Sequence record: SRR20825019_473 | Reading direction: 5' to 3' (one strand) | DNA: 64,000 nucleotides | Shown here: piece after piece, positions 30,916-39,862 of the stretch | Position numbering within the stretch: the stretch's first letter is position 1 | Layout of the letters: each line of letters opens with the position of its first letter | Program-made: the position numbers and the translations under genes | The notes under the pieces: generated by a model | Told to the model about the DNA's origin: nothing | The model's database searches: none | Seen by the model: only the letters and a program-made list of their open reading frames with translations

Positions 30916-33863
30916 TGCATCGAAATCTGATTTTTTCCATATTGATCCTTTTTGGGTCAATATATTGTTGGGGACAAAAATATGCGATTGTTACTTATAG
31001 CACCGAGGAAGGACTTCCTCAATCGCAAGTTACGGCAATCAGTCAAGATAAGGAAGGATACCTCTGGGTTGGAACACTCGGGGGATTGGCCAAGTTCAAT
31101 GGGCGAGAATTCACTACTTTTTCTTCGGTAGATGGCTTGCTAAATAACCGTGTTAAAACGCTATCCTACTTTGATGATGCAATTTGGGTAGGTCACGACG
31201 GGGGAATTTCAATCATTAGAAACAACAAAATTGTCAATGTTGGATTTACAGGAAATGATAAATCAAGAAGTGTTTCGGCAATCATCTCTTTCAAAAGTAA
31301 AATTCTTGTAGCGTGCAACGGCGGCGGACTATTTGAACTCAAAGGTAAAGAGTTCGTCAAAGTCAAGTTAGCAGGTGAAGAACAGGATAGAATCCGAGGA
31401 GCGATGGTGTACAGGGATCACGTTTTTTTAGTGACAAAATCAGGGGTGTTGGTATCCAAAGATGGAGTTCATTTTAAAGTCCACGATAAATTTCCACTCT
31501 ACAGCTATTCAGGAATTTTTGGGGCTGGAGATGAGATTTATTTCACCACTTATCGCGAAGGGATTTTCCGGCAAAACATGACTTCTCTCGAGGTTAAGTC
31601 TTATGGAGCAGACCTTTTAAAAGATTACATCTCTTCAATTTCTTGCGGTTACGTCGATCGAAGTGGAAAAGTGTGGTTGAATTCTGGGCAAGGAGTAGTA
31701 AGAATTGATAAGAATGATTCTATTTCCGTTCTCGGGTCCTCATCTGGGCTGCCATTGAAGGTTATTACGTGCTTTTTCGAAGATTCCGAAGGAAATTTCT
31801 GGATGGGCTCTGGAGGAAAAGGGATTTTTAGATTTCCAGGGGAATCGTTTCAGTATTATGATCAAACGGAAGAGTTTCCTTCAAGTTTATTTTTAACCGG
31901 ATTTCAAAAGTCAAATGGCGATTTCTTCTTAGGATCTTACGATCACGGGATAATTAAAATGGGTAGGGATGGAAAGGTGAGTAATGTATATTCTCACGCG
32001 AAAACCATTTGGTGCTCAATTCAAGATGTCGGTGGGCTAGATTGGTTTGGAACACAAGAGGAATTGGTATCCATAGATCATGCAGGAAAGATAAAAACCT
32101 ATACCGAAGCAGACGGAATCCCTGGGCGAATCACTTCTTTCTTTAAACTCTCAAGAAATCAGATGTATGTCGGAGGGAGCAAGGGTGCCGCACTTTATAA
32201 AGATGGAAATTTCTATCCGCTTGGTAATGCCACCGACGAATTTATTGGAACAGTAAGAGACTTTGTGATTCATAAAAAGGATCTCTACTGCGCGACAAAT
32301 TTGGGGATTTTCGTTTACAAAAAAGGAAAGTTTGAGCAATTCAAAGGAATAGAGAATGTAGTATACAATCTCAAAACCGATGAGAGCGGCAACATGTGGT
32401 ATGGTACTGAGGAAGGACTTTTTAGATATGATGGAGTTAATATTGAACGGATTTCCTTGAGAAGTAATCCAGGTTCCAACTATATCGGCTTCTTAAATTA
32501 TAGAAAAGGAGAACTTTTTGTTGGAACAAACAACGGTCTTTTTGTGCTATCCGAACTCACAGAAGCAAATCCAAAAATTGAACGATTTGGCGTTAGAGAG
32601 GGAATTGTAGACTTAGAAACAAATCTCAATTCAGGCTTTTTTGATCAAGAAGGGAATTTTTGGTTCGGGACAGCTTCAGGACTAGTATGCTACGATCCTT
32701 CGCAAAACAAAAAGAGCAATAGACCGCCAATGGTGGAATTGAAGTCTATTTTATTGAATTATCAACCATTCAATTATTCAACATACAGTACTAAACTCAA
32801 CGAAAAAGGTTTTCCCGTCACGTTAGAATTACCCTCGTCAAAGAACAATTTGATTTTTGAATTAGATGGAATTTCGTTGTCCAACCATTTGGGATTGAAC
32901 TATCAGTTTTTACTGGAAGGACTCGGCGGTGAATGGTCTCCATTAAGCGAGAATCCCACGATTACCTTTACCAATTTACCTGCGGGTGAATACACACTGC
33001 ACATGCGAAGTGTAGACCTCGATGGACGTGTGTCGAAACAAATTGTATTTCCATTTACCATTCTTCCGGCATTTTACAAAACATGGTGGTTCATTGGGCT
33101 TTGCCTTGTAATTGTGTCGTTCATTGTGATCGGCTTATTCCGTTTGCGATTGCGGAGAATAAATGAGATAAATGAGAAAGAAAAGCTGGAGTTTAAGGCG
33201 CGACTTTTACAACTCGAACAGCAATCCATGAATGCAAGTATGAACAGACATTTCGTCTTTAATTCACTCAATTCAATTCAATATTTCATCAATACGCAGG
33301 ATAAAGTTTCTGCAAACAAGTACTTGACCAACTTCGCGAAACTGATTCGTAAAAACCTTGATTCAGCTACTTCAGACGGAAATATGATAACACTCCAAGA
33401 AGAATTGGAGCGATTAGAATTGTATCTGTCTTTGGAATCTATGCGTTTTAAAGGACGCTTCCAATATGAAATTAGTGCACAGGATATCGACACAGAATAT
33501 ATTCGCATTCCTGCAATGATTTTACAGCCGTTTGTCGAGAATAGTATCATTCATGGAATTTTACCCGATGAGGACAAAAAAGGAATGATCAGAATTGACA
33601 TAACAAAAGACGTTGATTGGTTGACTATTTCAATCGAGGATAACGGAATCGGAATCGCCAATAGCCTAGCAATAAAAGGACAAGTAGATGGAGATCACCA
33701 ATCGAAAGGGATGGAGATTACCTCAAAAAGAATTGAGTTGATGAGGAAGGTTTCAAACAATCAAATTTCGTTGGAAGGACCCTATGAATTCACTGACAAC
33801 AACAGTTTAATCAAAGGAACGAGGGTTTTACTCAAAATACCTATAGAAGATTTGGAAATATAG
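30915..33863 (+). CDS. LytS-type sensor histidine kinase with periplasmic beta-propeller and Y_Y_Y domain
   Basis: QD..GYLWVGT..GL repeats, FTNLPAGEYTL, TM after YKTWWF, MNRHFVFNSLNSIQ H-box, QPFVENSIIHG, DNGIG. Confidence 0.9.
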   Translation: MHRNLIFSILILFGSIYCWGQKYAIVTYSTEEGLPQSQVTAISQDKEGYLWVGTLGGLAKFNGREFTTFSSVDGLLNNRVKTLSYFDDAIWVGHDGGISIIRNNKIVNVGFTGNDKSRSVSAIISFKSKILVACNGGGLFELKGKEFVKVKLAGEEQDRIRGAMVYRDHVFLVTKSGVLVSKDGVHFKVHDKFPLYSYSGIFGAGDEIYFTTYREGIFRQNMTSLEVKSYGADLLKDYISSISCGYVDRSGKVWLNSGQGVVRIDKNDSISVLGSSSGLPLKVITCFFEDSEGNFWMGSGGKGIFRFPGESFQYYDQTEEFPSSLFLTGFQKSNGDFFLGSYDHGIIKMGRDGKVSNVYSHAKTIWCSIQDVGGLDWFGTQEELVSIDHAGKIKTYTEADGIPGRITSFFKLSRNQMYVGGSKGAALYKDGNFYPLGNATDEFIGTVRDFVIHKKDLYCATNLGIFVYKKGKFEQFKGIENVVYNLKTDESGNMWYGTEEGLFRYDGVNIERISLRSNPGSNYIGFLNYRKGELFVGTNNGLFVLSELTEANPKIERFGVREGIVDLETNLNSGFFDQEGNFWFGTASGLVCYDPSQNKKSNRPPMVELKSILLNYQPFNYSTYSTKLNEKGFPVTLELPSSKNNLIFELDGISLSNHLGLNYQFLLEGLGGEWSPLSENPTITFTNLPAGEYTLHMRSVDLDGRVSKQIVFPFTILPAFYKTWWFIGLCLVIVSFIVIGLFRLRLRRINEINEKEKLEFKARLLQLEQQSMNASMNRHFVFNSLNSIQYFINTQDKVSANKYLTNFAKLIRKNLDSATSDGNMITLQEELERLELYLSLESMRFKGRFQYEISAQDIDTEYIRIPAMILQPFVENSIIHGILPDEDKKGMIRIDITKDVDWLTISIEDNGIGIANSLAIKGQVDGDHQSKGMEITSKRIELMRKVSNNQISLEGPYEFTDNNSLIKGTRVLLKIPIEDLEI

Positions 33864-33882
33864 AAAGAATGGAATATATTTG
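33851..33882 (+). promoter_or_regulatory. Consensus sigma-A promoter
   Basis: TTTG-N20-TATATTTG upstream of the small lipoprotein. Confidence 0.7.
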
Positions 33883-33900
33883 TTAGGTAAAGTGATTGAT

Positions 33901-34119
33901 ATGAAACGAATTATATATAGTGCAGTAGTTTTGTTGGCGTTGGGAGTTGTTTCTTGTGCTAAACAAGATATTCAACCAACTGGTGCAGCAAACGATGTTC
34001 CAGTGTGGAGAGGCTCTACAACTAATATAAATACAGATGTTGATCCTAATGGTGGTGGAAAAATCACCGATCCAAACAATGATCCAGAATCGTCTAGCCC
34101 AGTAGGTGACGATAACTAA
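33901..34119 (+). CDS. Small lipoprotein (72 aa)
   Basis: MKRIIYSAVVLLALGVVSC lipobox; has its own promoter and terminator. Confidence 0.8.
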   Translation: MKRIIYSAVVLLALGVVSCAKQDIQPTGAANDVPVWRGSTTNINTDVDPNGGGKITDPNNDPESSSPVGDDN

Positions 34120-34137
34120 ATAAGATTTTCTTAAAAG

Positions 34138-34170
34138 AAAAACCTTGAACATCTGTTCAAGGTTTTTTTT
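34138..34170 (+). terminator. Intrinsic terminator
   Basis: aaaaaccttgaaca-tc-tgttcaaggtttttttt. Confidence 0.85.
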
Positions 34171-34283
34171 ATGCCCAAAAGTCCGTTTGCTAAACAAAGT
34201 ATACAGTTCAAATCTTTGTTCTTCTTTCCTTTTCCTCTTTTGTTATATTAGTGTACAGCCTACGTCTAACGAAAAAAAGATAC

Positions 34284-35846
34284 ATGTCTAGTAAAGTAAA
34301 TAATGCATTGTTTGAGTTAATCAAATCAATGTCTAAGTCAGAGAAACGGTATTTTAAGTTAATGTCATCACGGCACACCATCGGTGATGAAAACAATTAT
34401 GTTCGCTTGTTTGATTACATAGATAAGCAAGATGAGTATGATGAAGACACCATTTTTGAAGACTTCAAAGGAGAAGCTTTTTTAAACAGATTTTCTATTA
34501 CCAAGAAAAGACTTTACGATCATGTGTTATCATCTTTAGATTCTTTTCATCAATCGAGTTCCATTGAAGCTCAATTATATCAACAATTGCATGCTGCCGA
34601 CATTTTATTTGATAAATCACTGTATGACCAATGCCGAAGATTGTTGCGTAGCGCAGAAAAACTCGCAGAAAAACACGAACTGAACGGAATTCAATTGCAA
34701 ATCTCTCACAAGCAGAAAAGATTAATGGAGACAATCGGGTACTTGGATATGTCGCCTGAACAAATGGATGAGATTGAAAATGCGGATAAACAGCGGATTC
34801 AAGCGGTAAGTACTTATCACGATTTATGGATAATAAAAAGTCGTGTTTTTGCACAACTCTCAAAAAAAGGTGTGGCGCGCTCTCAATCGGAAATAGAAGA
34901 GTATAAAGCAATTTGTCTTCCCGTAATTGAGCGAGTTATTGTTGAAAAAGCTACGGAGAAGTCGACATATTTATATCACCATATTCTGAGCGCCTATTAT
35001 TATGCTATCGGAGAGCTAAAATTGTCCCTGGATCATCTAAAAATAAATTTGGAGGCTATGGATGACAAAAAGCTGGAGCGTCATCAGGAAGCGAATAAGT
35101 ACGTCTCAGCGTTAACCAATGTTATTTACATAGCTGATAAATTGGGAGATCATAGGGAATCGTTGGTTTACTTGGCTAAACTAAAAACGTTTGCAGCTAC
35201 GGTGGAATCCAATGAAGATTTGGCCATAAAACTATTCAGTAGCATTAGTAGCATCGAGCTAAGCATGTATCTCAGAAAAGGTGATTTCAAACAAGCAATT
35301 CCGATTGGAGAAATAATTGAAGAACGACTTAAAATCTTGGAAGATAAAGTCTCGCCCGTGAGAAAAGCATTTTTAGAATTTAAAATTGCAGTTGCACACA
35401 TTGGAATTGGCGATTATTCCCAAGCATTGAGATGGATTAATCAGATTTTGAATGATACACGCTTGGATAAAACGGAAGATATTATTGGCTTCACACAACT
35501 GTTAGACTTAATCGTTCACATTGAACTCGATCACGTTAAACTACTTCCATATTCGTTGAAAAGCACACAGCGATTTTTCAAAACACGAAATAGAATGTAC
35601 AGTTTTGAACGCGTTTTATTAAGTACGATTAACAAAATGATAAAGTGTAAAAATCCGTTAGATCGCTTTGATCTTTGGGAAGAGTTGAATGAAGAATTGG
35701 CTAAAATTACCAACGACGACATTTTCGAAAGTGTTGCACTCGATTATTTCGACTTCCAGTCCTGGGCGGAATCTAAGCTAAAAGGAAAATCTTTTGACTT
35801 AATTGTTCGTGAGAAATACAATAAAAGAGTTCGGGCTGCGTCTTAA
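34284..35846 (+). CDS. Conserved Bacteroidota helical/TPR-like hypothetical protein
   Basis: N-terminal LFELIKSMSKSEKRYFK motif; all-alpha repeats. Confidence 0.8.
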   Translation: MSSKVNNALFELIKSMSKSEKRYFKLMSSRHTIGDENNYVRLFDYIDKQDEYDEDTIFEDFKGEAFLNRFSITKKRLYDHVLSSLDSFHQSSSIEAQLYQQLHAADILFDKSLYDQCRRLLRSAEKLAEKHELNGIQLQISHKQKRLMETIGYLDMSPEQMDEIENADKQRIQAVSTYHDLWIIKSRVFAQLSKKGVARSQSEIEEYKAICLPVIERVIVEKATEKSTYLYHHILSAYYYAIGELKLSLDHLKINLEAMDDKKLERHQEANKYVSALTNVIYIADKLGDHRESLVYLAKLKTFAATVESNEDLAIKLFSSISSIELSMYLRKGDFKQAIPIGEIIEERLKILEDKVSPVRKAFLEFKIAVAHIGIGDYSQALRWINQILNDTRLDKTEDIIGFTQLLDLIVHIELDHVKLLPYSLKSTQRFFKTRNRMYSFERVLLSTINKMIKCKNPLDRFDLWEELNEELAKITNDDIFESVALDYFDFQSWAESKLKGKSFDLIVREKYNKRVRAAS

Positions 35847-35920
35847 TAGAGAACGAATGAACTAAAGCTTAGAGAGCGCAATGGATCACTGCATACCAAA
35901 CCTCGCTCAGCGCTTTAGGT

Positions 35921-36967
35921 TCAATCGGCTGAACCTTCGAAATGATTCCATCCTTGAGCCGTCAACTCGATTGCTGAACCATTTTTGTCCACGTAATACT
36001 TGCCATCATTCTCATTCGTAATGTGCCCAATTACGGTCATGTGAGGATTTCCCTTAATCTTGTCAAAATCGGATTGAGAAATCGTGAATAGTAATTCATA
36101 ATCTTCACCACCATTTAACGCACATGTAGCTGGATCAATGTTAAATTCTAACGCCGTCATAGATGTTTTGGCGTCAATTGGAATTTTTTCGTCGTATAAG
36201 TGACAACCAACCTTACTGGCATTGCAGATATGTAAAACCTCCGAAGCCAATCCGTCAGAAATATCAATCATCGAAGTGGGAACCACATCTAATTCTTTCA
36301 GAAACCTGATCACATCCTGTCTTGCTTCAGGTTTTAGCTGTCGCTCCATGATGTAATCGTTTCCATCAAGATCAGGCTGAATATTTGGATTTGCCTTAAA
36401 GACTTCTTTCTCGCGCTCAAGGATCTGAAGTCCCATATACGCAGCGCCCAAGTCTCCAGAAACAACAATCAAATCAAATTCTTTTGCTCCAGAGCGGTAA
36501 GTGATTTTATCCTTCTGCGCACGACCAACAACCGAAATACTGATCATTAGTCCAGAAAAAGAAGAAGAAGTATCTCCACCAACCAAATCAACATTAAACT
36601 CTTTACAAGCTGCATGAATCCCTGAATAAAGTTCTTCCAAAGCTTCAAGCGGGAATCGGTTAGAAACACTAATTGAAACTGTGATTTGTTCCGCAACACC
36701 ATTCATTGCGCAAATATCCGAGACATTAATAGCTACAGCCTTATATCCAAGATGTTTGAGTGGCATATACATTAAATTGAAATGAACGCCTTCAATAAGC
36801 ATGTCTGTGGAAAGTAAAAGTGCTTCCGTATCAGATACGGAAAGAACAGCGGCATCATCTCCAATTCCTAATAATGTATTGGGATGATTTTGTTTAAAGT
36901 TTTTGGTCAGGTGTTTAATCAGTCCAAACTCACCTATTTCACCCAATTCTGTTCTTTTTTCACTCAT
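35921..36967 (-). CDS. thiL: Thiamine-monophosphate kinase
   Basis: GEFGLI, GIGDDAA, STDMLIEGVHF, NVSDICAM, GGDT, DISDGLASE, GGEDYELLFT. Confidence 0.95.
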   Translation of the reverse strand: MSEKRTELGEIGEFGLIKHLTKNFKQNHPNTLLGIGDDAAVLSVSDTEALLLSTDMLIEGVHFNLMYMPLKHLGYKAVAINVSDICAMNGVAEQITVSISVSNRFPLEALEELYSGIHAACKEFNVDLVGGDTSSSFSGLMISISVVGRAQKDKITYRSGAKEFDLIVVSGDLGAAYMGLQILEREKEVFKANPNIQPDLDGNDYIMERQLKPEARQDVIRFLKELDVVPTSMIDISDGLASEVLHICNASKVGCHLYDEKIPIDAKTSMTALEFNIDPATCALNGGEDYELLFTISQSDFDKIKGNPHMTVIGHITNENDGKYYVDKNGSAIELTAQGWNHFEGSAD

Positions 36968-37151
36968 AACCTATCGTTTGGTGCAAAATTAAGAAATCAA
37001 GCATACCTATTACATATCAGATGTTCAATAAATACCTAATTTTTGATAAAAACATCAAAAAAATCACACGGTTTTTAGGATACATTTACGTGGTTCAATT
37101 CCGTTTTTTTTGTTTTTGTACGTCTCGGATTTCTTACCAGACATCTCGAGC

Positions 37152-37250
37152 AGGTATTTATACCTACGCATTGAATATGACCTGAAATTAATGTGTAGGA
37201 CAAAATACCTGATCTTTCAAAAGTGTTAGATTAGTCAGAGATTAATACCT
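37152..37250. promoter_or_regulatory. Cluster of AGG-N8-CCT / ATACCT operator-like sites
   Basis: AGGTATTTATACCT (37152), AGGACAAAATACCT (37197), AGAGATTAATACCT (37237); extra ATACCTA half-sites at 37003 and 37032. Confidence 0.5.
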
Positions 37251-37259
37251 AATTTAGCT

Positions 37260-37385
37260 CATGTATCGACTGTGCAACTATTCTTATTGTACTCTGTTCT
37301 TGGTTAATTAGGGAGATATCATTCAGAGTTGTCGGTATTATTCTAGTAGTAGTGTAAAAGGGGTCACGAAAGTGCCCCTTTTTTT
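37260..37385 (+). ncRNA. Candidate structured small RNA
   Basis: Follows a TAATTTAG (-7-like) element; internal pairings tatcgac/gtcggta and actctg/cagagt; ends in a GAAA-tetraloop terminator with T7. Confidence 0.45.
37356..37385. terminator. Intrinsic terminator (plus-strand U7 tail; also placed to end pbpC)
   Basis: aaaaggggtcac-gaaa-gtgccccttttttt. Confidence 0.8.
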
Positions 37386-37389
37386 ATGC

Positions 37390-39750
37390 TCACACTTTTT
37401 TCCTATCTAAGATTTCGAATTTCACCTTCGTTATAGCCCCATGTTCATTAGTGATTGTAAGTACATGCTTGCCAATGGAAGGTTGAAATGAGAGTTGGTG
37501 AATCTGATTTGTTTGACCAATATATAAATCGTCTAAATGCCAAAATAAGATTCCATCCACTTGTTGATGAACGGCTTCAAATACAACACGCCTTTGTTCT
37601 TCTGTTAAATCAGCAGGAAGAAAAATTTTCTGCTTGTTTTTGGGATAAATGATCGCAAAGGATTCGGATTCTCCTATGTTCTTACACGCTCTTGAAAGCG
37701 GTGGGAGTGTTGAATGATCGGGATGTGATTTTTGATAGAAATACTCAATGCTCGCAGGAAGAATAAACCACGACTCGTGAGTCAGTTCCATCGGCGATGC
37801 ACAATCGAGAGTAACGCGCTCACCAGTTGTTTTGTGCAAGTGTACAATTGAGTGGTAGTGACATCCGTTTGCAAGTACACACGAAGCTGGAACCAATTTA
37901 GATATTACTTTCGGGCAGTTCACATTCGCGCGTTGTCCGCTTTCTGCACAAAGATCAATGTTCCGCATTTCTCCATGAGGAACTGGAAACCACTTATCGC
38001 TGGATTCGAGCAATCGAAAGGCGTCAAAAAGAAGTGGTGCAGCTGCATTAATACCCGTTAAACCAGGTCGACCTTCGCCATCTGCATTTCCAATCCACAC
38101 GCTTACCACATACTTTGGTGTAATTCCAACAGACCAAGCATCGCGAAAACCGAAGCTTGTGCCCGTTTTCCAAGCAATTTTCTGAGAGGATGAAAATATT
38201 TTCCACTGGTTGTCTTCATCGGGTCTTTTTAGTTCTGTCATAGCCTCGAATGTTTGATAAATAGCTCCGAGATTGGGATGTGAACTCGATTCATTCATCA
38301 CTTTTTGCTCGTCTCCGATCTTTTCACTTAAATGTACCGAAGGCAGTTCATGAAGGTTTCTAGCAAGGTTCGTATAAACATGCGATAATTCAGACAAACG
38401 AACTTCTGCTCCTCCAAGAATTAAACTTAGACCATAGTGACCAGAATGCCTGCGAATACTTGTAAACCCGAGATCGTTTAAGTCACGATGAAACTTTCCG
38501 AGACCATAACTGTTCAACAAATGAACCATTGGGATATTCAAACTGCGCGAAAGTGCTTGATCTGCAGGAACGAGTCCATCGAAATTGCCTGCAAAGTTTT
38601 TAGGAGAGAAACCTCCGAATTTGGAAGGTACATCAAGAAGGAGCGTTTGTGGGGTGATTGTTCCTGCTTCAAGTGCTTTCATGTAAAGTAAGGGCTTTAA
38701 AATACTTCCTGAACTTCGTGGTGCTTCGATGCAATTAACGAAGCTAGAGTGTTCTCTTCCGGATTTTTCTGCATTTCCAATATACGCGAGCACTTCGCCT
38801 GTTTCAACGGAGGTGATCATCATCGCGCCATTGTAAATATCGTTCATGCGCAAACTCGCAAGATGGTCTTCTATTAATGCATTCATGCGCCTCTGAAGAT
38901 TCCCATCAATCGTTGATTTGATGGTTTTTCCTTGTTGTCCATTTGCAATGAAGCGTTGCAATAAATGCGGAGCCATTCTTGGGAGTGGAACGGGTTTACT
39001 CGGCAAGGGTTCGCTCAACGCAAGTGAATATGTGTCAGAGTCAATTGTTCCAGATGAATGAAGAAATGCGAGCAATCGATTTCGTTTGGCTAATAAACGA
39101 TCATGATTCTTCCCTGGGTAAATGAGTCCCGGAGCATTTGGCAATACAGCAAGCGTAGCGGATTCTGCCCAACTAAGTTGATGTGAAGGACGGTTAAAAA
39201 AACGCCAAGATGCTGCTTCGAGACCTACGACATTATTTCCAAATGGCGCATGCGAAGCATACAACGAGAGGATTTCTTTTTTTGAATAACCGATTTCCAA
39301 GCGTGTGGCGAGAATCATCTCAAGGATTTTTTCAGTGTATGAACGTTCGGGATTTTTCCGAAGGAGGCGAACAACTTGCATTGTAAGTGTGCTTCCTCCA
39401 CTCACGCGTTCACCCTTTCTAAAGTTTTGGAGCATGGCGCGAGCAGTTCCTTTAACACTCACTCCAATGTGATGATAGAAGTTTCGATCTTCAAACGCGA
39501 TGATGCACGTTTCGAACTTATATGGCACGGAATCTACGGGCTCAAAGCGCCATTGCTCGTCTAACGAAATGTGCGCCCCAAGTAAATTTCCGTCTCGATC
39601 CACCAATACTGTGGAGGTGCTGTCTGAAAATAATGGGCGCGGAAGACAATCGGCGTACCAAACAATGAAAATCCAGAAAAGTAAAAATGCTATTTTTCTT
39701 CTCCGTGTTTGGTAGGATTTGAGAGTAAGGTGAATCCAAGGTAGTGTCAT
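37390..39750 (-). CDS. pbpC: Penicillin-binding protein 1C
   Basis: EDRNFYHH, GGSTLTMQ transglycosylase motifs; GSILKP, SLN, KTGTS transpeptidase motifs; BiPBP_C tail. Confidence 0.93.
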   Translation of the reverse strand: MTLPWIHLTLKSYQTRRRKIAFLLFWIFIVWYADCLPRPLFSDSTSTVLVDRDGNLLGAHISLDEQWRFEPVDSVPYKFETCIIAFEDRNFYHHIGVSVKGTARAMLQNFRKGERVSGGSTLTMQVVRLLRKNPERSYTEKILEMILATRLEIGYSKKEILSLYASHAPFGNNVVGLEAASWRFFNRPSHQLSWAESATLAVLPNAPGLIYPGKNHDRLLAKRNRLLAFLHSSGTIDSDTYSLALSEPLPSKPVPLPRMAPHLLQRFIANGQQGKTIKSTIDGNLQRRMNALIEDHLASLRMNDIYNGAMMITSVETGEVLAYIGNAEKSGREHSSFVNCIEAPRSSGSILKPLLYMKALEAGTITPQTLLLDVPSKFGGFSPKNFAGNFDGLVPADQALSRSLNIPMVHLLNSYGLGKFHRDLNDLGFTSIRRHSGHYGLSLILGGAEVRLSELSHVYTNLARNLHELPSVHLSEKIGDEQKVMNESSSHPNLGAIYQTFEAMTELKRPDEDNQWKIFSSSQKIAWKTGTSFGFRDAWSVGITPKYVVSVWIGNADGEGRPGLTGINAAAPLLFDAFRLLESSDKWFPVPHGEMRNIDLCAESGQRANVNCPKVISKLVPASCVLANGCHYHSIVHLHKTTGERVTLDCASPMELTHESWFILPASIEYFYQKSHPDHSTLPPLSRACKNIGESESFAIIYPKNKQKIFLPADLTEEQRRVVFEAVHQQVDGILFWHLDDLYIGQTNQIHQLSFQPSIGKHVLTITNEHGAITKVKFEILDRKKV

Positions 39751-39862
39751 TCCAACGATTTATGGAATAAATGTAGTGGTCAATCTTGTTTTCAATAGGT
39801 GAGTTTTATTATTCGTTCGCTCCCACGTAAAATGCGTTTAGTATATTTGATTAACAACGATT

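Noticed and set aside
35858-35923. Imperfect long inverted repeat (tgaactaaagc...gctttaggttca) between convergent genes
   Set aside because: Single copy, no U tail, not a convincing attC or REP; at most a 3'-end stability hairpin
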